Virus record (IMG/VR): IMGVR_UViG_3300031785_000002
Location: 1 to 57,033 of that record
Direction: 5' to 3' (one strand)
Length of the DNA stretch: 57,033 bases
DNA from: a virus
Taxonomy: Duplodnaviria > Caudoviricetes
Position numbers and translations under genes: made by a program. How positions within the stretch are numbered: the first letter of the stretch is position 1; every line of letters begins with the position of its first letter. Below the pieces are notes generated by a model, which worked only from the letters and a program-made list of their open reading frames with translations, was not told the origin of the DNA and did no database searches. Positions 20,901 to 28,278 of the stretch are shown here, one piece after another.

Positions 20901-21052
20901 ATGCGAGAAACAGACTTCTGCGTAAGATGAGACAGGTCAAAGACAATCCAAGATTACCAGAAGAGCAAAAGGACAAAATTATCAAAAGACTTGGCGATCA
21001 GCTTCAGACTGTTATCACCAGAGCAAACAAGCTGATGAACGAAAACCTATAA
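11981..21052 (+). CDS. giant internal virion polyvalent protein (zincin metallopeptidase + effector domains + LPD38-like C-terminus)
   Basis: HEVIH at about 14087 with distal EEAVAE; G.YHI...H nuclease-like motif at about 17753; C-terminal ENAIRVATF/NVTVDFAKGG/FYNASLQG/IPMPYG motifs. Confidence 0.75.
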   Translation: MGQYYVQGSSGKYYSFNISGQSPNDAEQGKIQQILQQNNDSLIGGQPTSEEKGGFGAALSGGIDTLQLGFGSAIEGLGESTDIDFLKEYGKEVVETNKQQLADNEQYRTRIDDITGVGSALSFAGQAIVEQVPQIGSTLAGAYAGAKVGAALGPKGAIVGGIAGGVSANLPFFYGMNREAQKDVSPVVDEGIAALTAIPQSILDFIADRIVVGAIFTPKFINGGGIFSRIAKGAGAGAAAEVPTELGQQVLERLQAGKELASEEAIKEYRDVAITAGLVGGSIRGTSNLIAGDRNKKDHAEKTRQLDEDFRELQQEVHGNAALGLKKKNELAPDPSVKSEVIKQGNQVEAQQQAILKAQEAAVAGTSRLNLKRLSEEEQSTLGQYRQAIGSSQRPFTTVAELRDAGLTDRADSIQEQQLGVLNAKMEDRATVKHKFTQAQYDAAVERVKRDGVAEVANIRDAAKTEKGNKPAESVAESIRDEMIANRVIKKINNSEYVPLSEEDVAADPATELRALLSREQKKLESKRKAKEDMKERQRALLQSWDGSSPQESALEVTQKEDARIDSDIAVSEKTVKNIQRQIDSIDARSGAAGQLAKQTFTAEDSMLALRAAQEASKAKPRAEYETRKKEIAKKIESYAKKDLGLKGFKFSFEDELGGSRPGTVGQGYYDPKQKLIAIAVGIYDPNMSDADYIARLKGVMNHEVIHALRDARLFTDAEFQTLVNAANKRKVTVVRNGENVQRDYNFVDRALKLNRRRDGETDAQFTARVNEEAVAEMFRSYADGRLKVAGKPLSLFKRIINFFLGVKSAHIDTGFDSVDAIFEDIKTGKIGSRSQTDLEGRVRRRGDPVQEAVDELAIESAYTAFDADDPEDYVAMSVADRDFSEVGDVSILPDEALQNAQFIRANKQKSTDQKKIMGKLFANRDLDDGTIVSIRPNLNGFIEGDNGRLQMTQTVHEGRNYSTALGYDIFATVSNPEMLVSPAKRRDIYNGETPKGAKQDKVPMASGSGGYVNMTRGEAELIINNPDHVLSFNPGSKKREVVGHHLFVDEKGYAVEKVDGVGVHFGGKIFVKGKLVHYTSENAPQPLDGLPTSVKYIDNSEKDFSEVFSPELPMAQTDKVGVIAHKLPKELLVQGTGEKATIPVPQAFTPNNKGTVFNNIDRLKEKHPDAMSSAQAFMRMQQDAMGGEFVPLPPLNAINYANDPMRMAAKLRQLTPELKAGVDEGFSYVSQIKSLYDSGQATPEMTLKLFLWGILSRGAGPVQQEAAYIDIVEDATPLIKKAGRGFFTQDDIDTWKRTVKKYLPAGSPGRQVTMNVNAAGKLMFEMSKRSPQNNNITVGEEIHQLMLNNNVSGRAVRRAFLSLTNKAGIDNKVVSFVLLVGGKTDLLIMDRIQTSNMFDDGRFGGANLYDGIFLGTYNQKNGKPYNDGLAKLLIGPRGSLVTEFMEDGIRPNVELAYGIVGRPEDASLGRFHWESWVIEGEQVVNHSTLAAIAENNPVGHAVTEGKPFTFSSGMTYRRAPSGAVVEYPLSDGSPVFMTPTRFKAFTKRLSDKGVKDGIYPQGFKVSDATAQPWYTLPEVNRSKLDEIAKQFENARPNGSLRDGTERAGKDTVTIKRGDGRKPERTDGRDFSSVPAVEGLNTLKDFIRNNPDGYTLNSQGVLIPPGTPDSGIAVAPIKAAELIVGPDIPLEVLREYVENAKSVSEVLDQEVFLGGWLNEADNQYYLDNAILVRDKVEALYIAEAAEQEAIYDLTVPPYGQEIVTNEGIKQLQETGIYRDNIAERYRRGIDEASRLFRKSRLSNPEQGRVERARDADLLDIFSQDDAFTERLSQDDLQQLQEVQELFSSINESPRDFMEVPSNPSAPIANPVAVRARNRGETVANPYLFGVIEDGGRKYAVSLLAGQHAEGQSREERPVPTMGSFGLYHIHQRGHDKELTDNSKFPSVEEAIYATLRQWDRQGRSDGEVIVIPDGGDFNMDLRMEWKSPSHKSPPLVLSLQYIANRKNPFYTVRTFYPELSDTSYKGLMKEKKVGRFDEMSVPLAPETVRLGQQITENQHHIVYSKSYDVLSKAMKMIPLVSDQKAEDITKEFIMRFQDRMLPVGQIIDELRSKGANITDALDTYQKESLYHGITGERINTATDGLYKPTAELVSTLDVDADFDALDSEFAKYSFETTGSKKVAAIEAYLYALHAKERNEYIRTIDPSNDSGSGMDDAQADRILNWERSLNETERAKFFEIRSRVRDIIADTNKIRRDAGLIPENFEEDPAAIDEEGKEFKPPPVYSDYVPLRGILDPMGEANEDASFAGTGGASYSVRGREDKRALGRDTYPTNLLAGVFMQHQNSIIRSEKNEVAKSFLNLLKANRDGMADYAIELKTMPMKRGIVNGTVRVIPDLTASQDPSILQVKQNGNVTRIRLKDARLARALNGSVGVSPQTSNALTRSLGVLNRYLSNINTSFNPEFLVTNMFRDIQTAGVNVNQYERAGLTKEVMKNFKQAFKGVRDVVRTEGQASNITREMAEKADFDIDKISNADLFRLFQIYGGQNATNMMSDLADQVNNVNSLVGDIAESGARGQWNKIKNSFVGEKTGSLLKLLEDYNTVVENAIRVATFKALAPKIGFQKAAFAARNVTVDFAKGGEYKNAMNSAYLFYNASLQGSFALLNAATRSAKVRKIWAGLIVFGIVQDQLNAAFSEEDEDGELVYDKTPQYILEHNMIFPMFGLGPTERSELAIPMPYGLNMAVNFGRSLSRYARGAYTVGEAGSSIIGTAVDTINPLGGTNNFFNFVAPTIFDPFIDIYSNEEEFSGRPITKETSPFDPTPPPDSQLYWSTTSPSAKWIAANLNSLTGGNAIQSGIVDVSPDLLEYWVGFLTGGAGMFAQRSVDLATETIPTALTEGFEDEMVRQIPFARKVFYSVSEREDLSGFIENRNKVLQAQELLKSALEAGDPAQARSVRQRYATELRISGQVKALNNARNRLLRKMRQVKDNPRLPEEQKDKIIKRLGDQLQTVITRANKLMNENL

Positions 21053-21082
21053 AAAAGGGCGCTGTAAAGCGCCCCTTTATTT
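21051..21082. terminator. bidirectional intrinsic terminator
   Basis: A6-GGGCGCT-gtaa-AGCGCCC-c-TTTATTT between convergent genes. Confidence 0.85.
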
Positions 21083-21096
21083 GTACGATGGTACAA

Positions 21097-21279
21097 TTAC
21101 TCGCCCATCTTTTTCTGCAACCAGTCCTCTACCTCTTGCCGCTTCCATCTTTTTATTCTAGGCGAAAAAGAAATAGGTCTTGGAAACCTCTCGTCACTTT
21201 CCATTACATACTGGATTGACTTCGGCTTAATTGACAGCATATCAGCTATTGCCTTTGCGTCTATAAAATCTGTCTTCAT
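21097..21279 (-). CDS. AlpA/excisionase-like winged-HTH protein
   Basis: IDAKAIADMLSI...FPRPISF...KRWKRQEVEDW. Confidence 0.75.
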   Translation of the reverse strand: MKTDFIDAKAIADMLSIKPKSIQYVMESDERFPRPISFSPRIKRWKRQEVEDWLQKKMGE

Positions 21280-21749
21280 TGTGAACGCCCTTGCTTCCAT
21301 TTTGTAAACTCCTCAGATAGAGATTTAAATTTCTCCCTTGCTTGGGAGTTCGTTTTCATATCAGCCCTGCTGGTTACCTCCAAATAGTTTCGCAACGCTT
21401 CCGCAACACCATTTTCATCTGGAGTAAGTGTTGGGTATTTTCCTGTTGGGTCATACGTTGTGATATTCTTTGCATGAAGAAACTCAACAAAGCTGGGGTT
21501 TCTGCACAACATACCAGCACTGGCAATTAGCTTATCAACCTCACGTTGCTCAACAGATATCTCTGGTTCATCTTGCTCGTTTAGCTTTACCATAGCAACC
21601 ATATATCGAGAGCCTACCCAATCTGTGTGTAGATTAGCTGGAACTTCGTTAGGGTGTATAGCCAACCTAAGTATCGTGCCAGCCTTACTTTGTGACATTG
21701 ATGTTTTTACCGCCTCAAAATGCACTGCGGCATCTTTTATGTTATCCAT
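21276..21749 (-). CDS. hypothetical protein
   Basis: 157-aa ORF, GAGG RBS, coupled to neighbours. Confidence 0.6.
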   Translation of the reverse strand: MDNIKDAAVHFEAVKTSMSQSKAGTILRLAIHPNEVPANLHTDWVGSRYMVAMVKLNEQDEPEISVEQREVDKLIASAGMLCRNPSFVEFLHAKNITTYDPTGKYPTLTPDENGVAEALRNYLEVTSRADMKTNSQAREKFKSLSEEFTKWKQGRSQ

Positions 21750-21981
21750 GCTTACCTCTATGTATTCTAGACATTCTGTCTTTTTTAACCCTCACAGTAC
21801 GCAAGAAGTTACCGTTACCGTGAAAGTTGCCTCTCTTTTGATTGTTGTACCGCCTGTCCAGTTTTGTTCCCACAACAGAACCGCCGTACTCTTTAAAGTT
21901 TATGACCCTATCGTTCATCATCTTTAGATGGTCTTCAAACTCCTCAACCGTCATCCCAAGGGGGATTTTTTCTTTGCTCAT
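21742..21981 (-). CDS. hypothetical protein
   Basis: Coupled ORF in leftward operon. Confidence 0.55.
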   Translation of the reverse strand: MSKEKIPLGMTVEEFEDHLKMMNDRVINFKEYGGSVVGTKLDRRYNNQKRGNFHGNGNFLRTVRVKKDRMSRIHRGKHG

Positions 21982-22148
21982 TTTATGTCCTTTCCATGTG
22001 CCTCAAGAGCATGAACAACTATCGCCACTTTTGACATCATATCGTGGTCAGTCTCCGCTCCATCCACAATTTTGCTTCGCTTAACTTCATCAGGCAAACT
22101 TTCAATTTGATGCTTCAATTCATAAGCTATGCAAAGACTTTCATCCAT
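21978..22148 (-). CDS. 56-aa hypothetical protein
   Basis: Not in ORF track; MDESLCIAYELKHQ...HGKDIK* overlaps both neighbours. Confidence 0.5.
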   Translation of the reverse strand: MDESLCIAYELKHQIESLPDEVKRSKIVDGAETDHDMMSKVAIVVHALEAHGKDIK

Positions 22149-22419
22149 TGAACTTCTCCCAATTAACTCTAGCCCATTTCAGCGGGTCTATGCCTTGCAA
22201 ATCCCACCAAGTTCTTTCGTCACCGAATGCGTGTAGCTTCATGTGACAGGAGTGGCACAGAGGAACACACCAATTATCTCCCACTTTCATGCTCATGGCA
22301 TTTGGCTCCGCAAACATGATGTGGTGTGCCTCTGCGCCATACCCACAGACCAAGCAGGGCGAACCTCTTAAGGTCTGTAGATACTTCTTAGACCTAACCC
22401 GCTTAGAACGGTGGGTCAT
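22141..22419 (-). CDS. DUF968/HNH-like Zn-binding nuclease
   Basis: PCLVCG...AHHI...KVGD.WCVPLCHSCH..LH motif. Confidence 0.75.
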   Translation of the reverse strand: MTHRSKRVRSKKYLQTLRGSPCLVCGYGAEAHHIMFAEPNAMSMKVGDNWCVPLCHSCHMKLHAFGDERTWWDLQGIDPLKWARVNWEKFNG

Positions 22420-22717
22420 CTGCAACAGCCGCTTGCGCTCTAGGTGGTGCAAATCCGTCTGCGTTTTCTTTCTTCTGATTGCTTTCCTGATACATACTAC
22501 CAGTTAAAGAAACAAAAGTTGCGCCAGTCTTTTTGCTGGTTTTTTTCCAACCAGCTAGACGTAGCTTAGGCTTAGGGTTGCCTCTAGACATCTGTTCAAC
22601 AAGGTCATTGATGACCTCATCAGACAACTCCAAGTCACCTGTGTAGTCAGGCTGATTAGGTGTCTTTTTATTGTTATTTGTAAACAAGACTCCTGATGGT
22701 GGGTATTGATTGCTCAT
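22403..22717 (-). CDS. single-stranded DNA-binding protein
   Basis: G.LF.N..K....PDYTG...LAGW motif and acidic DDPPF tail. Confidence 0.7.
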   Translation of the reverse strand: MSNQYPPSGVLFTNNNKKTPNQPDYTGDLELSDEVINDLVEQMSRGNPKPKLRLAGWKKTSKKTGATFVSLTGSMYQESNQKKENADGFAPPRAQAAVADDPPF

Positions 22718-23367
22718 GCGGCTTCTCCCTTTTCGGATTCAAATTTCTTGGCATGGTTCTGGAAGTTATCTAAAACCTCTTCGTACAGCTTATTGTCACC
22801 CTTCTTTAAGGTTTCGATAGCACCCTTGTTGATGCCCCAAAAGCCGCGCAAAGTTTGCAAGTCTTTACACTCAGGAATGAAAGTATTGAATACAGCGGCA
22901 ACTGTATCCATTCCCTGTATATCCTTCTTCTCACCAGTAGAACTCTCTACGGTGACTGTTGGCTCTACACCCTCTGGCAAGTCTTCACCAGCATAGATGT
23001 AATGCCCAAGGCCATGCATTGCACAGCACTTAGCGAGACAGCGCTGAAGCGCAGTATTTACTTGAAAGCTGTCTGGCTGTGACACAGCATTGTTTGCGTG
23101 ATTGAGAACAGGCAGAACTTCAGTCTGGCTCTCCCCATCAATATCAACTGTAACCGATACAAACGCATACCCTGCTGGGTCAATCATGTACGGCAAGGTG
23201 CAATCATTATTTGCACTAGAGTACAAATTTTTAGTAAACGTGGCCTTGGGATAATGTTTTTTCACTATCCCCCAAGCCCAAGCCCAAGACAGGTAAACTA
23301 ATTCACCTTTCTTTTCGGTATGTTCTGACACATCAATGCCAGATAAAGTTTCCCATACACTACTCAT
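22714..23367 (-). CDS. Sak-like ssDNA annealing protein (DUF1071/Rad52-like)
   Basis: YLSWAWAW...VNTALQRCLAK..AMHGLG.YIYAGEDLP. Confidence 0.85.
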   Translation of the reverse strand: MSSVWETLSGIDVSEHTEKKGELVYLSWAWAWGIVKKHYPKATFTKNLYSSANNDCTLPYMIDPAGYAFVSVTVDIDGESQTEVLPVLNHANNAVSQPDSFQVNTALQRCLAKCCAMHGLGHYIYAGEDLPEGVEPTVTVESSTGEKKDIQGMDTVAAVFNTFIPECKDLQTLRGFWGINKGAIETLKKGDNKLYEEVLDNFQNHAKKFESEKGEAA

Positions 23368-23368
23368 C

Positions 23369-24235
23369 TCAATTTCCTTTATACTGTGAGCAAAATTCAG
23401 CGACACCGCAGTAGTCGCCATTACACCGCACATATTCACCAATGCGATGTTCTATCTCAGTTGACACGTCCTGTGCCTCAGAGAATTTCTTGGCCTCGTC
23501 TTCGTTATCAAAGACGCGCATGGCCCTCTTTAATCCCTTTTTCTTTACCGCCCATGCATCGTCACGCTTCCAGCGCTCTTCATCTGAGCATGGTGTAAAT
23601 GACCCTTCCATGTCGTACAGAACCTGTGCGTTCTGATGGTAGTTTATGCGGTCATGTATGTAGCGGATGCGTTTCATTTCATCCCACATTGGGATATCAA
23701 CAATTACGATAGGAGACTGGGGGTAATTAGGTTTGTTTTGTGCATCACGCCTGTTCCAGTCTCTAAGAACCGCACAAATGGACAGCTTCTTTACTTTCTT
23801 GCCTTTGTTCTTCTGAACCAAATAAGCATACACGTTTAGCTGTCTCTCCCAGTCTATCTTGCCATGAATGACAGACCATACACTGGTAACTTTGTAGTCT
23901 GTAATCTCTACCGTCTGACCCTTAATCACCTGATGGTCAACAGCACCAGACAAAACCCAGCCATTTATTTTTGTGAATAAACGCTCTTCAATAACCACGT
24001 CATCGGACGGCTCAGTGCTTTCTAAAACGTGATGCACAGCAGTGCCAAACAAAGCCCAGATGTTGTCAACGACATCCACTACACGCTCATTGTGGTAGTG
24101 GTCACGCATAACCCTGACCCTTGCGCTATCAATCAGCGTTGTAACTGAGATGTCTGCATGACCCTTGCTATATTTGTCGTTTCTGGCAAAATCAACAAAA
24201 GACTGTGGCAGATTGTGGTTGTTGGTAACTTTCAT
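23369..24235 (-). CDS. PD-(D/E)xK Cas4/RecB-like exonuclease
   Basis: GTAVH, LSGAVD...DYK, QLNVY, C-terminal C...YC.V.EFC. Confidence 0.85.
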   Translation of the reverse strand: MKVTNNHNLPQSFVDFARNDKYSKGHADISVTTLIDSARVRVMRDHYHNERVVDVVDNIWALFGTAVHHVLESTEPSDDVVIEERLFTKINGWVLSGAVDHQVIKGQTVEITDYKVTSVWSVIHGKIDWERQLNVYAYLVQKNKGKKVKKLSICAVLRDWNRRDAQNKPNYPQSPIVIVDIPMWDEMKRIRYIHDRINYHQNAQVLYDMEGSFTPCSDEERWKRDDAWAVKKKGLKRAMRVFDNEDEAKKFSEAQDVSTEIEHRIGEYVRCNGDYCGVAEFCSQYKGN

Positions 24236-24256
24236 TGCGTTCTCCCTTCACAGTTT

Positions 24257-24285
24257 GTTGTATCACTAGGGCATATACAAGTCAA
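24257..24285 (-). promoter_or_regulatory. sigma70-like promoter for recombination operon
   Basis: TTGACT-N17-TACAAC on minus strand upstream of 24235. Confidence 0.55.
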
Positions 24286-24299
24286 CAGGATATTTTAGT

Positions 24300-24692
24300 A
24301 TGAAAGAGCATATATTCCAGATACTTGGCGAACCAGCATCAAAGGCCAATAGTCGAAAGATAGTGATGATAAGGGGGCGTCCTGCCTCGATTAAATCGGA
24401 AAAGGCTCGTAACTATGCTGTGAGGTTTTTGGCACAGTGTCAAACTCTTGACCTGCTTTTTGAAAACGATGTAAAAGTTGAAATGTTAATTTACTATGCT
24501 TCTAGGAGGCCAGACCTTGATGAAAGTCTGATACTAGACCTAATGCAAGGGGTAATTTATAAAAATGACCGACAGGTTAAGCAGAAGAATATTTACTGGG
24601 GGCTTGATAGGGAAAGGCCTAGAACAATCATCAGAGTGTCACCTTTGGAGAGCGGTGATATCCCAAGCTATCTCAGATGCCTACCTGAATGA
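24300..24692 (+). CDS. rusA: RusA-like Holliday junction resolvase
   Basis: GEPASKANSR...RPDLD...LD.MQG.IY.NDRQV. Confidence 0.85.
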   Translation: MKEHIFQILGEPASKANSRKIVMIRGRPASIKSEKARNYAVRFLAQCQTLDLLFENDVKVEMLIYYASRRPDLDESLILDLMQGVIYKNDRQVKQKNIYWGLDRERPRTIIRVSPLESGDIPSYLRCLPE

Positions 24693-24873
24693 ACCCAAAG
24701 AACGCGAAATAATAGAGATGTGGATTCACACAGAGGACTTCATAACGGTGTGTGATTTAGCTGACATAGACTACGACAAAATGAAAAATAATTTTCTACA
24801 CATTCTACAATCCAAGCCAGCGATTGCCAGATACGAGGGTCGTAAATTAAAAGACTTGATAGACAGAAAATAG
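24565..24873 (+). CDS. hypothetical protein
   Basis: LWRAVISQAISDA...DF..VCDLA motif; start uncertain (overlaps rusA). Confidence 0.55.
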   Translation: MTDRLSRRIFTGGLIGKGLEQSSECHLWRAVISQAISDAYLNEPKEREIIEMWIHTEDFITVCDLADIDYDKMKNNFLHILQSKPAIARYEGRKLKDLIDRK

Positions 24874-24950
24874 CACCATAGTACAAATGTATTTTAATTG
24901 TATATATAATATATAATACATTATGTACTTTATAGTACATAGTGTACTTA
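24871..24950. repeat. AT-rich GTAC-palindrome element A (candidate origin/operator array)
   Basis: AT-rich, four GTAC; near-identical to reverse complement of 37111-37185. Confidence 0.6.
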
Positions 24951-24975
24951 TACCGAACTTACTCCAAAATTGATA

Positions 24976-25004
24976 TTGACAGTATTCGACCATCGGCATA
25001 TCGT
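24976..25004 (+). promoter_or_regulatory. sigma70-like promoter of primase-helicase
   Basis: TTGACA-N17-TATCGT; GGAG RBS at 25016, ATG 25027. Confidence 0.65.
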
Positions 25005-25026
25005 TATGGTGTCGTGGAGAAATACA

Positions 25027-26787
25027 ATGCAAACAGAACACCTAATTCGCGGAGAGGCACTCCGTAAGGGCGAGGGTCAGCACAAAGTCGTCTGCCCGAT
25101 ATGCTCACCCCAAAGAAAGAAAAAGAGGGAGCGCACACTTTCACTGAAGGTGAGCGAGGAAGGTATCTTGTACAACTGCTGGCACTGCAATGCCAACGGT
25201 GTCGTTGCCTTAGAAGAAAGATATATGCCAGCAAGGAGGAGCAATAAAGTGTCACTAGCCGTTCAACATAACTGGGATGACCTAAACGATAAAACAATAA
25301 ACTGGCTCAAAGGGCGCGGCATATCTGAGGACACAGCTAGAAAAGCAAAGGTAAAATCTGGTGTGCATTACATCGGTGCGGTACAGAACCAAACTGACTG
25401 CGTTGTCTTTCCCTATACTAACCAAGGCCAAACATATGCCGCAAAAATCAGAGCGATAACCGACAAGGGTTTTGCTTGTAACGGCTCACCAGCATCATTT
25501 TTTAATCTCGACTCCGTTGTGGCAGGAGATGACCTCTTTATCTGCGAGGGCGAGATGGACGTGCTGGCATTCATGGAAGCTGGCTTTGAAAGCTGTGTGT
25601 CTGTGCCGAATGGCGCGGTGATGAAGGTTGTGGATGGTAGAATTGACCCACAAGAGGACAGTAAGTTTAAGTTTCTGTGGGATGCAAAGAAGAAGATAGA
25701 GAAAGCAAACAGAATAATAATTGCGACAGACTCTGACAGCGCTGGTCAAGCTATGGCTGAGGAGATAGCGCGGAGAATTGGCAAGGACAAATGCTGGAAG
25801 GTTGAGTTCCCAGAAGACTGTAAAGATGCCAATGATGTTTTGCTGAAGCATGGAAGCAAAGGTCTGGATAAAGTTGTCTCAAAGATAATTCCGTGGCCTG
25901 TCGCTGGACTTTATGATGCCTCGCATTTTTATGATGAATTGGATGAGATTTATGAAAAGGGAATGGGTAGCGGTGCGTCCACTGGCTACGTCAATGTTGA
26001 TGAATACTACACGATTGTAGAGGGTCAGTTGACCGTTGTTACAGGTCACCCATCATCAGGCAAATCAGAATTTATTGACCAGATTATGGTTAACTTGGCA
26101 GAAGAAAAGGGCTGGAAGTTTGCTATTTGTTCTTTCGAGAATGAGCCTCGACTGCACATTGCCAAGTTAATTAGTAAGCACTTTGCCAAGCCGTTTTTTA
26201 CTGGTGTAACCCCACGTCTCACGCCTGATGAATTAGATAGAGGCAAGGACTTTGTGCGGGAACACTTCAGCTTTTTGTATCAGAACGATGGCTCACTAGC
26301 TACGATAGAAGGAATCATAGAGAGATTAAAGATAGCTGTGATGAGACACGGCATTCGTGGGGCTATCATCGACCCATACAATTACATTCAAAAAAATGGC
26401 GATATGAGCGAGACGGATTGGATTAGTGAGATGCTGACCCAGCTTCGGGTCTTCGCTCAGTCTCACGGCATTCACCTCTGGTTTGTCGCGCACCCAACAA
26501 AAATGATGCGCGGCACAGATGGGAAAGTGCCAGCGCCCAAGGGATATGATATTTCTGGGAGCGCGGCTTGGTTTGCAAAAGCGGATGTGGGGCTGTCTGT
26601 ACACAGGCCAGACCCAGTGGATAATGCAATTAGTGAGGTTCACGTTTGGAAATGTCGTTTTAGTTGGGTGGGCAAACAGGGCGTTGCTGAACTGTTTTTT
26701 AATCCAGTAACGTCTCGCTATTCGATTGGTGGTGAGGATAATTTTCCAGATGTACCATCGTACAATTTTGAAGACGTGCCATTTTAG
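25027..26787 (+). CDS. bifunctional DNA primase-helicase (T7 gp4/Twinkle-like)
   Basis: CPIC...CWHC Zn finger, TOPRIM EGEMD/DSD/KDAND, SF4 Walker A GHPSSGKS, VAHP.K, YDISGSA. Confidence 0.93.
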   Translation: MQTEHLIRGEALRKGEGQHKVVCPICSPQRKKKRERTLSLKVSEEGILYNCWHCNANGVVALEERYMPARRSNKVSLAVQHNWDDLNDKTINWLKGRGISEDTARKAKVKSGVHYIGAVQNQTDCVVFPYTNQGQTYAAKIRAITDKGFACNGSPASFFNLDSVVAGDDLFICEGEMDVLAFMEAGFESCVSVPNGAVMKVVDGRIDPQEDSKFKFLWDAKKKIEKANRIIIATDSDSAGQAMAEEIARRIGKDKCWKVEFPEDCKDANDVLLKHGSKGLDKVVSKIIPWPVAGLYDASHFYDELDEIYEKGMGSGASTGYVNVDEYYTIVEGQLTVVTGHPSSGKSEFIDQIMVNLAEEKGWKFAICSFENEPRLHIAKLISKHFAKPFFTGVTPRLTPDELDRGKDFVREHFSFLYQNDGSLATIEGIIERLKIAVMRHGIRGAIIDPYNYIQKNGDMSETDWISEMLTQLRVFAQSHGIHLWFVAHPTKMMRGTDGKVPAPKGYDISGSAAWFAKADVGLSVHRPDPVDNAISEVHVWKCRFSWVGKQGVAELFFNPVTSRYSIGGEDNFPDVPSYNFEDVPF

Positions 26788-26795
26788 GAAGAGAT

Positions 26796-27092
26796 ATGGA
26801 AAGAAAAGGTAAAATTTTATTGGAAGAGGCAAAGTCAATTATAGATGCGCGTGGTGACCATTACGGTTCGCCTTTAGAAAACTGGACACGCATTGCTAAT
26901 TTATGGACTGCTTACTTAGGTCACAAACTTAAAGATGGGGAAGAGATAACTCCGCTTGACCATGGCCTGATGATGGACTTGGTAAAGACAGCTAGACTTA
27001 TAGAAAGCCCTGAGCATTGGGATAGTTATCTTGATAAGGCAGGATATGCGGCGGCAGGGGTTGAGTGTTTTAATGTTGACCTTAAAGATTAG
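26796..27092 (+). CDS. DUF6378-like phage protein (nucleotide-metabolism associated)
   Basis: R...YG.P.EN..RIA.LW.AYL...M.LVK.AR......DS..D.AGYAA. Confidence 0.7.
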   Translation: MERKGKILLEEAKSIIDARGDHYGSPLENWTRIANLWTAYLGHKLKDGEEITPLDHGLMMDLVKTARLIESPEHWDSYLDKAGYAAAGVECFNVDLKD

Positions 27093-27188
27093 ATGGTCTA
27101 ACGTCATAAGTGTAGCGGTTTATTGCCTTAGCCGCTCATCCTCCCGACACTACAGGGGGCGGCGTGTAAACGCCGCTCCCTCTTTTTT
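27076..27188 (+). ncRNA. putative ~80-nt small RNA with own promoter and terminator
   Basis: TTGACC-N17-TAACGT, AGCGGTT/AGCCGCT hairpin, CATCCTCCC, terminator GGGGCGGCGT-gtaa-ACGCCGCTCCC-TCTTTTTT. Confidence 0.5.
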
Positions 27189-27204
27189 GGCATGAATTTT
27201 GCAA

Positions 27205-28110
27205 TTACATAGATGTATCGATTGGTAGGGTGTCATCGAGTGTCACTTTCATATCTGACACCTTTGACGCTCTGCCATGTAAGTAATTATTCCATGAACG
27301 TGCAAGCATAATTGCATACATATGGGTGGTAATCCTAGCAAACCTATCCATACGCAAGCGAGACACGGTTGAAAGCAAAAGACGGACAGGAGAACGAGGA
27401 CCGTTACCGTACCCTGCAATTAAGTCGTCCATAAACTTCTTAACCTTTTCAGAATGACCCTGCTTCCATGCAAAATACATCAAAGCAGTGACGTGTGGAT
27501 CAGGATAAGCAGTGTGCTTTTTTACGGCCTTGGCTTTTTTGATGCAAAGTTCAAGAACTGATTTATCGATTACGTTGTTGTATAATTCCAACATCTCACG
27601 CAAATCGATTTCCATTCCTCTTGCATCGGTATTGCCAGACTTCCATGCCATAATCATGCGAATACCCTTGCCAGTTTCAAGTGGATAAGGAACACCCTCT
27701 CCGTGAAACAAGTCGTGGTTATTACGCACTTTACCAACGTCCATATGCACACGACTTGAGGCTTCAATTCCAAATGCCACATGGGTGACAAAAGGAACGC
27801 CAGCCCTGACGCAAGCAAACAGGCGATTCTGACCATTCATCAAGACACCATTTTTTGAAAACTGAATTGTGTCTCCGGTCAAAGACCAATTTCCAGAAGA
27901 CATATCTTTAGCATAGCGTCTGATATTCTTTTTCTTTTTAGTCCTGTTATTGACGTTGAGGTTCTCAAGAACATACGATGCGAGTTTTGGTGAAAACTCA
28001 ATAATACGTGTGTTCTCAGGTGGGTTTGAAATTAACGAGGATAAACTAGATTTCTGCTCGTCAATATTCATGTCGGCACTTACGCGCCTCTTTTTTGATA
28101 CCTTATCCAT
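27205..28110 (-). CDS. ParB/Srx-like N-terminal domain protein
   Basis: N..NR.....I.RYAKDM..G.W..TGD.I.F...G.L.NGQNRL.A (DGQHRL-type motif). Confidence 0.7.
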   Translation of the reverse strand: MDKVSKKRRVSADMNIDEQKSSLSSLISNPPENTRIIEFSPKLASYVLENLNVNNRTKKKKNIRRYAKDMSSGNWSLTGDTIQFSKNGVLMNGQNRLFACVRAGVPFVTHVAFGIEASSRVHMDVGKVRNNHDLFHGEGVPYPLETGKGIRMIMAWKSGNTDARGMEIDLREMLELYNNVIDKSVLELCIKKAKAVKKHTAYPDPHVTALMYFAWKQGHSEKVKKFMDDLIAGYGNGPRSPVRLLLSTVSRLRMDRFARITTHMYAIMLARSWNNYLHGRASKVSDMKVTLDDTLPIDTSM

Positions 28111-28227
28111 AGGTATCACCTTGCCTTTCTCCCCAGTCCGTTTGTATGGGGGATTAGGTTGCCTTGCCCAAGGGCGTTCATGTCTCCCAGTGGTGGGCAA
28201 TCCACAGGAAATTTGTACTAATAGTAT

Positions 28228-28276
28228 AAATAAAAAATAAGTAGAGAGGGGCGGCACATGACAAACCGCCCCCCTC
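28228..28276 (-). terminator. intrinsic terminator
   Basis: GAGGGGGGCGG/CCGCCCCTCTC stem followed by T-rich tract on minus strand. Confidence 0.7.
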
Positions 28277-28278
28277 AA

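Noticed and set aside
22071-22098. CUGAUGA...CGAA on the minus strand resembling a hammerhead core
   Set aside because: Inside a coupled ORF; no stem II, no GAAA plus stem III, no NUH site
23369-24235. Cas4-like gene as part of a CRISPR system
   Set aside because: No repeat-spacer array or other cas genes; lies in an ordinary exonuclease-Sak-SSB module
28111-28278. Extended start of the ParB-like ORF
   Set aside because: Crosses a terminator and palindrome; 28110 or later is more plausible
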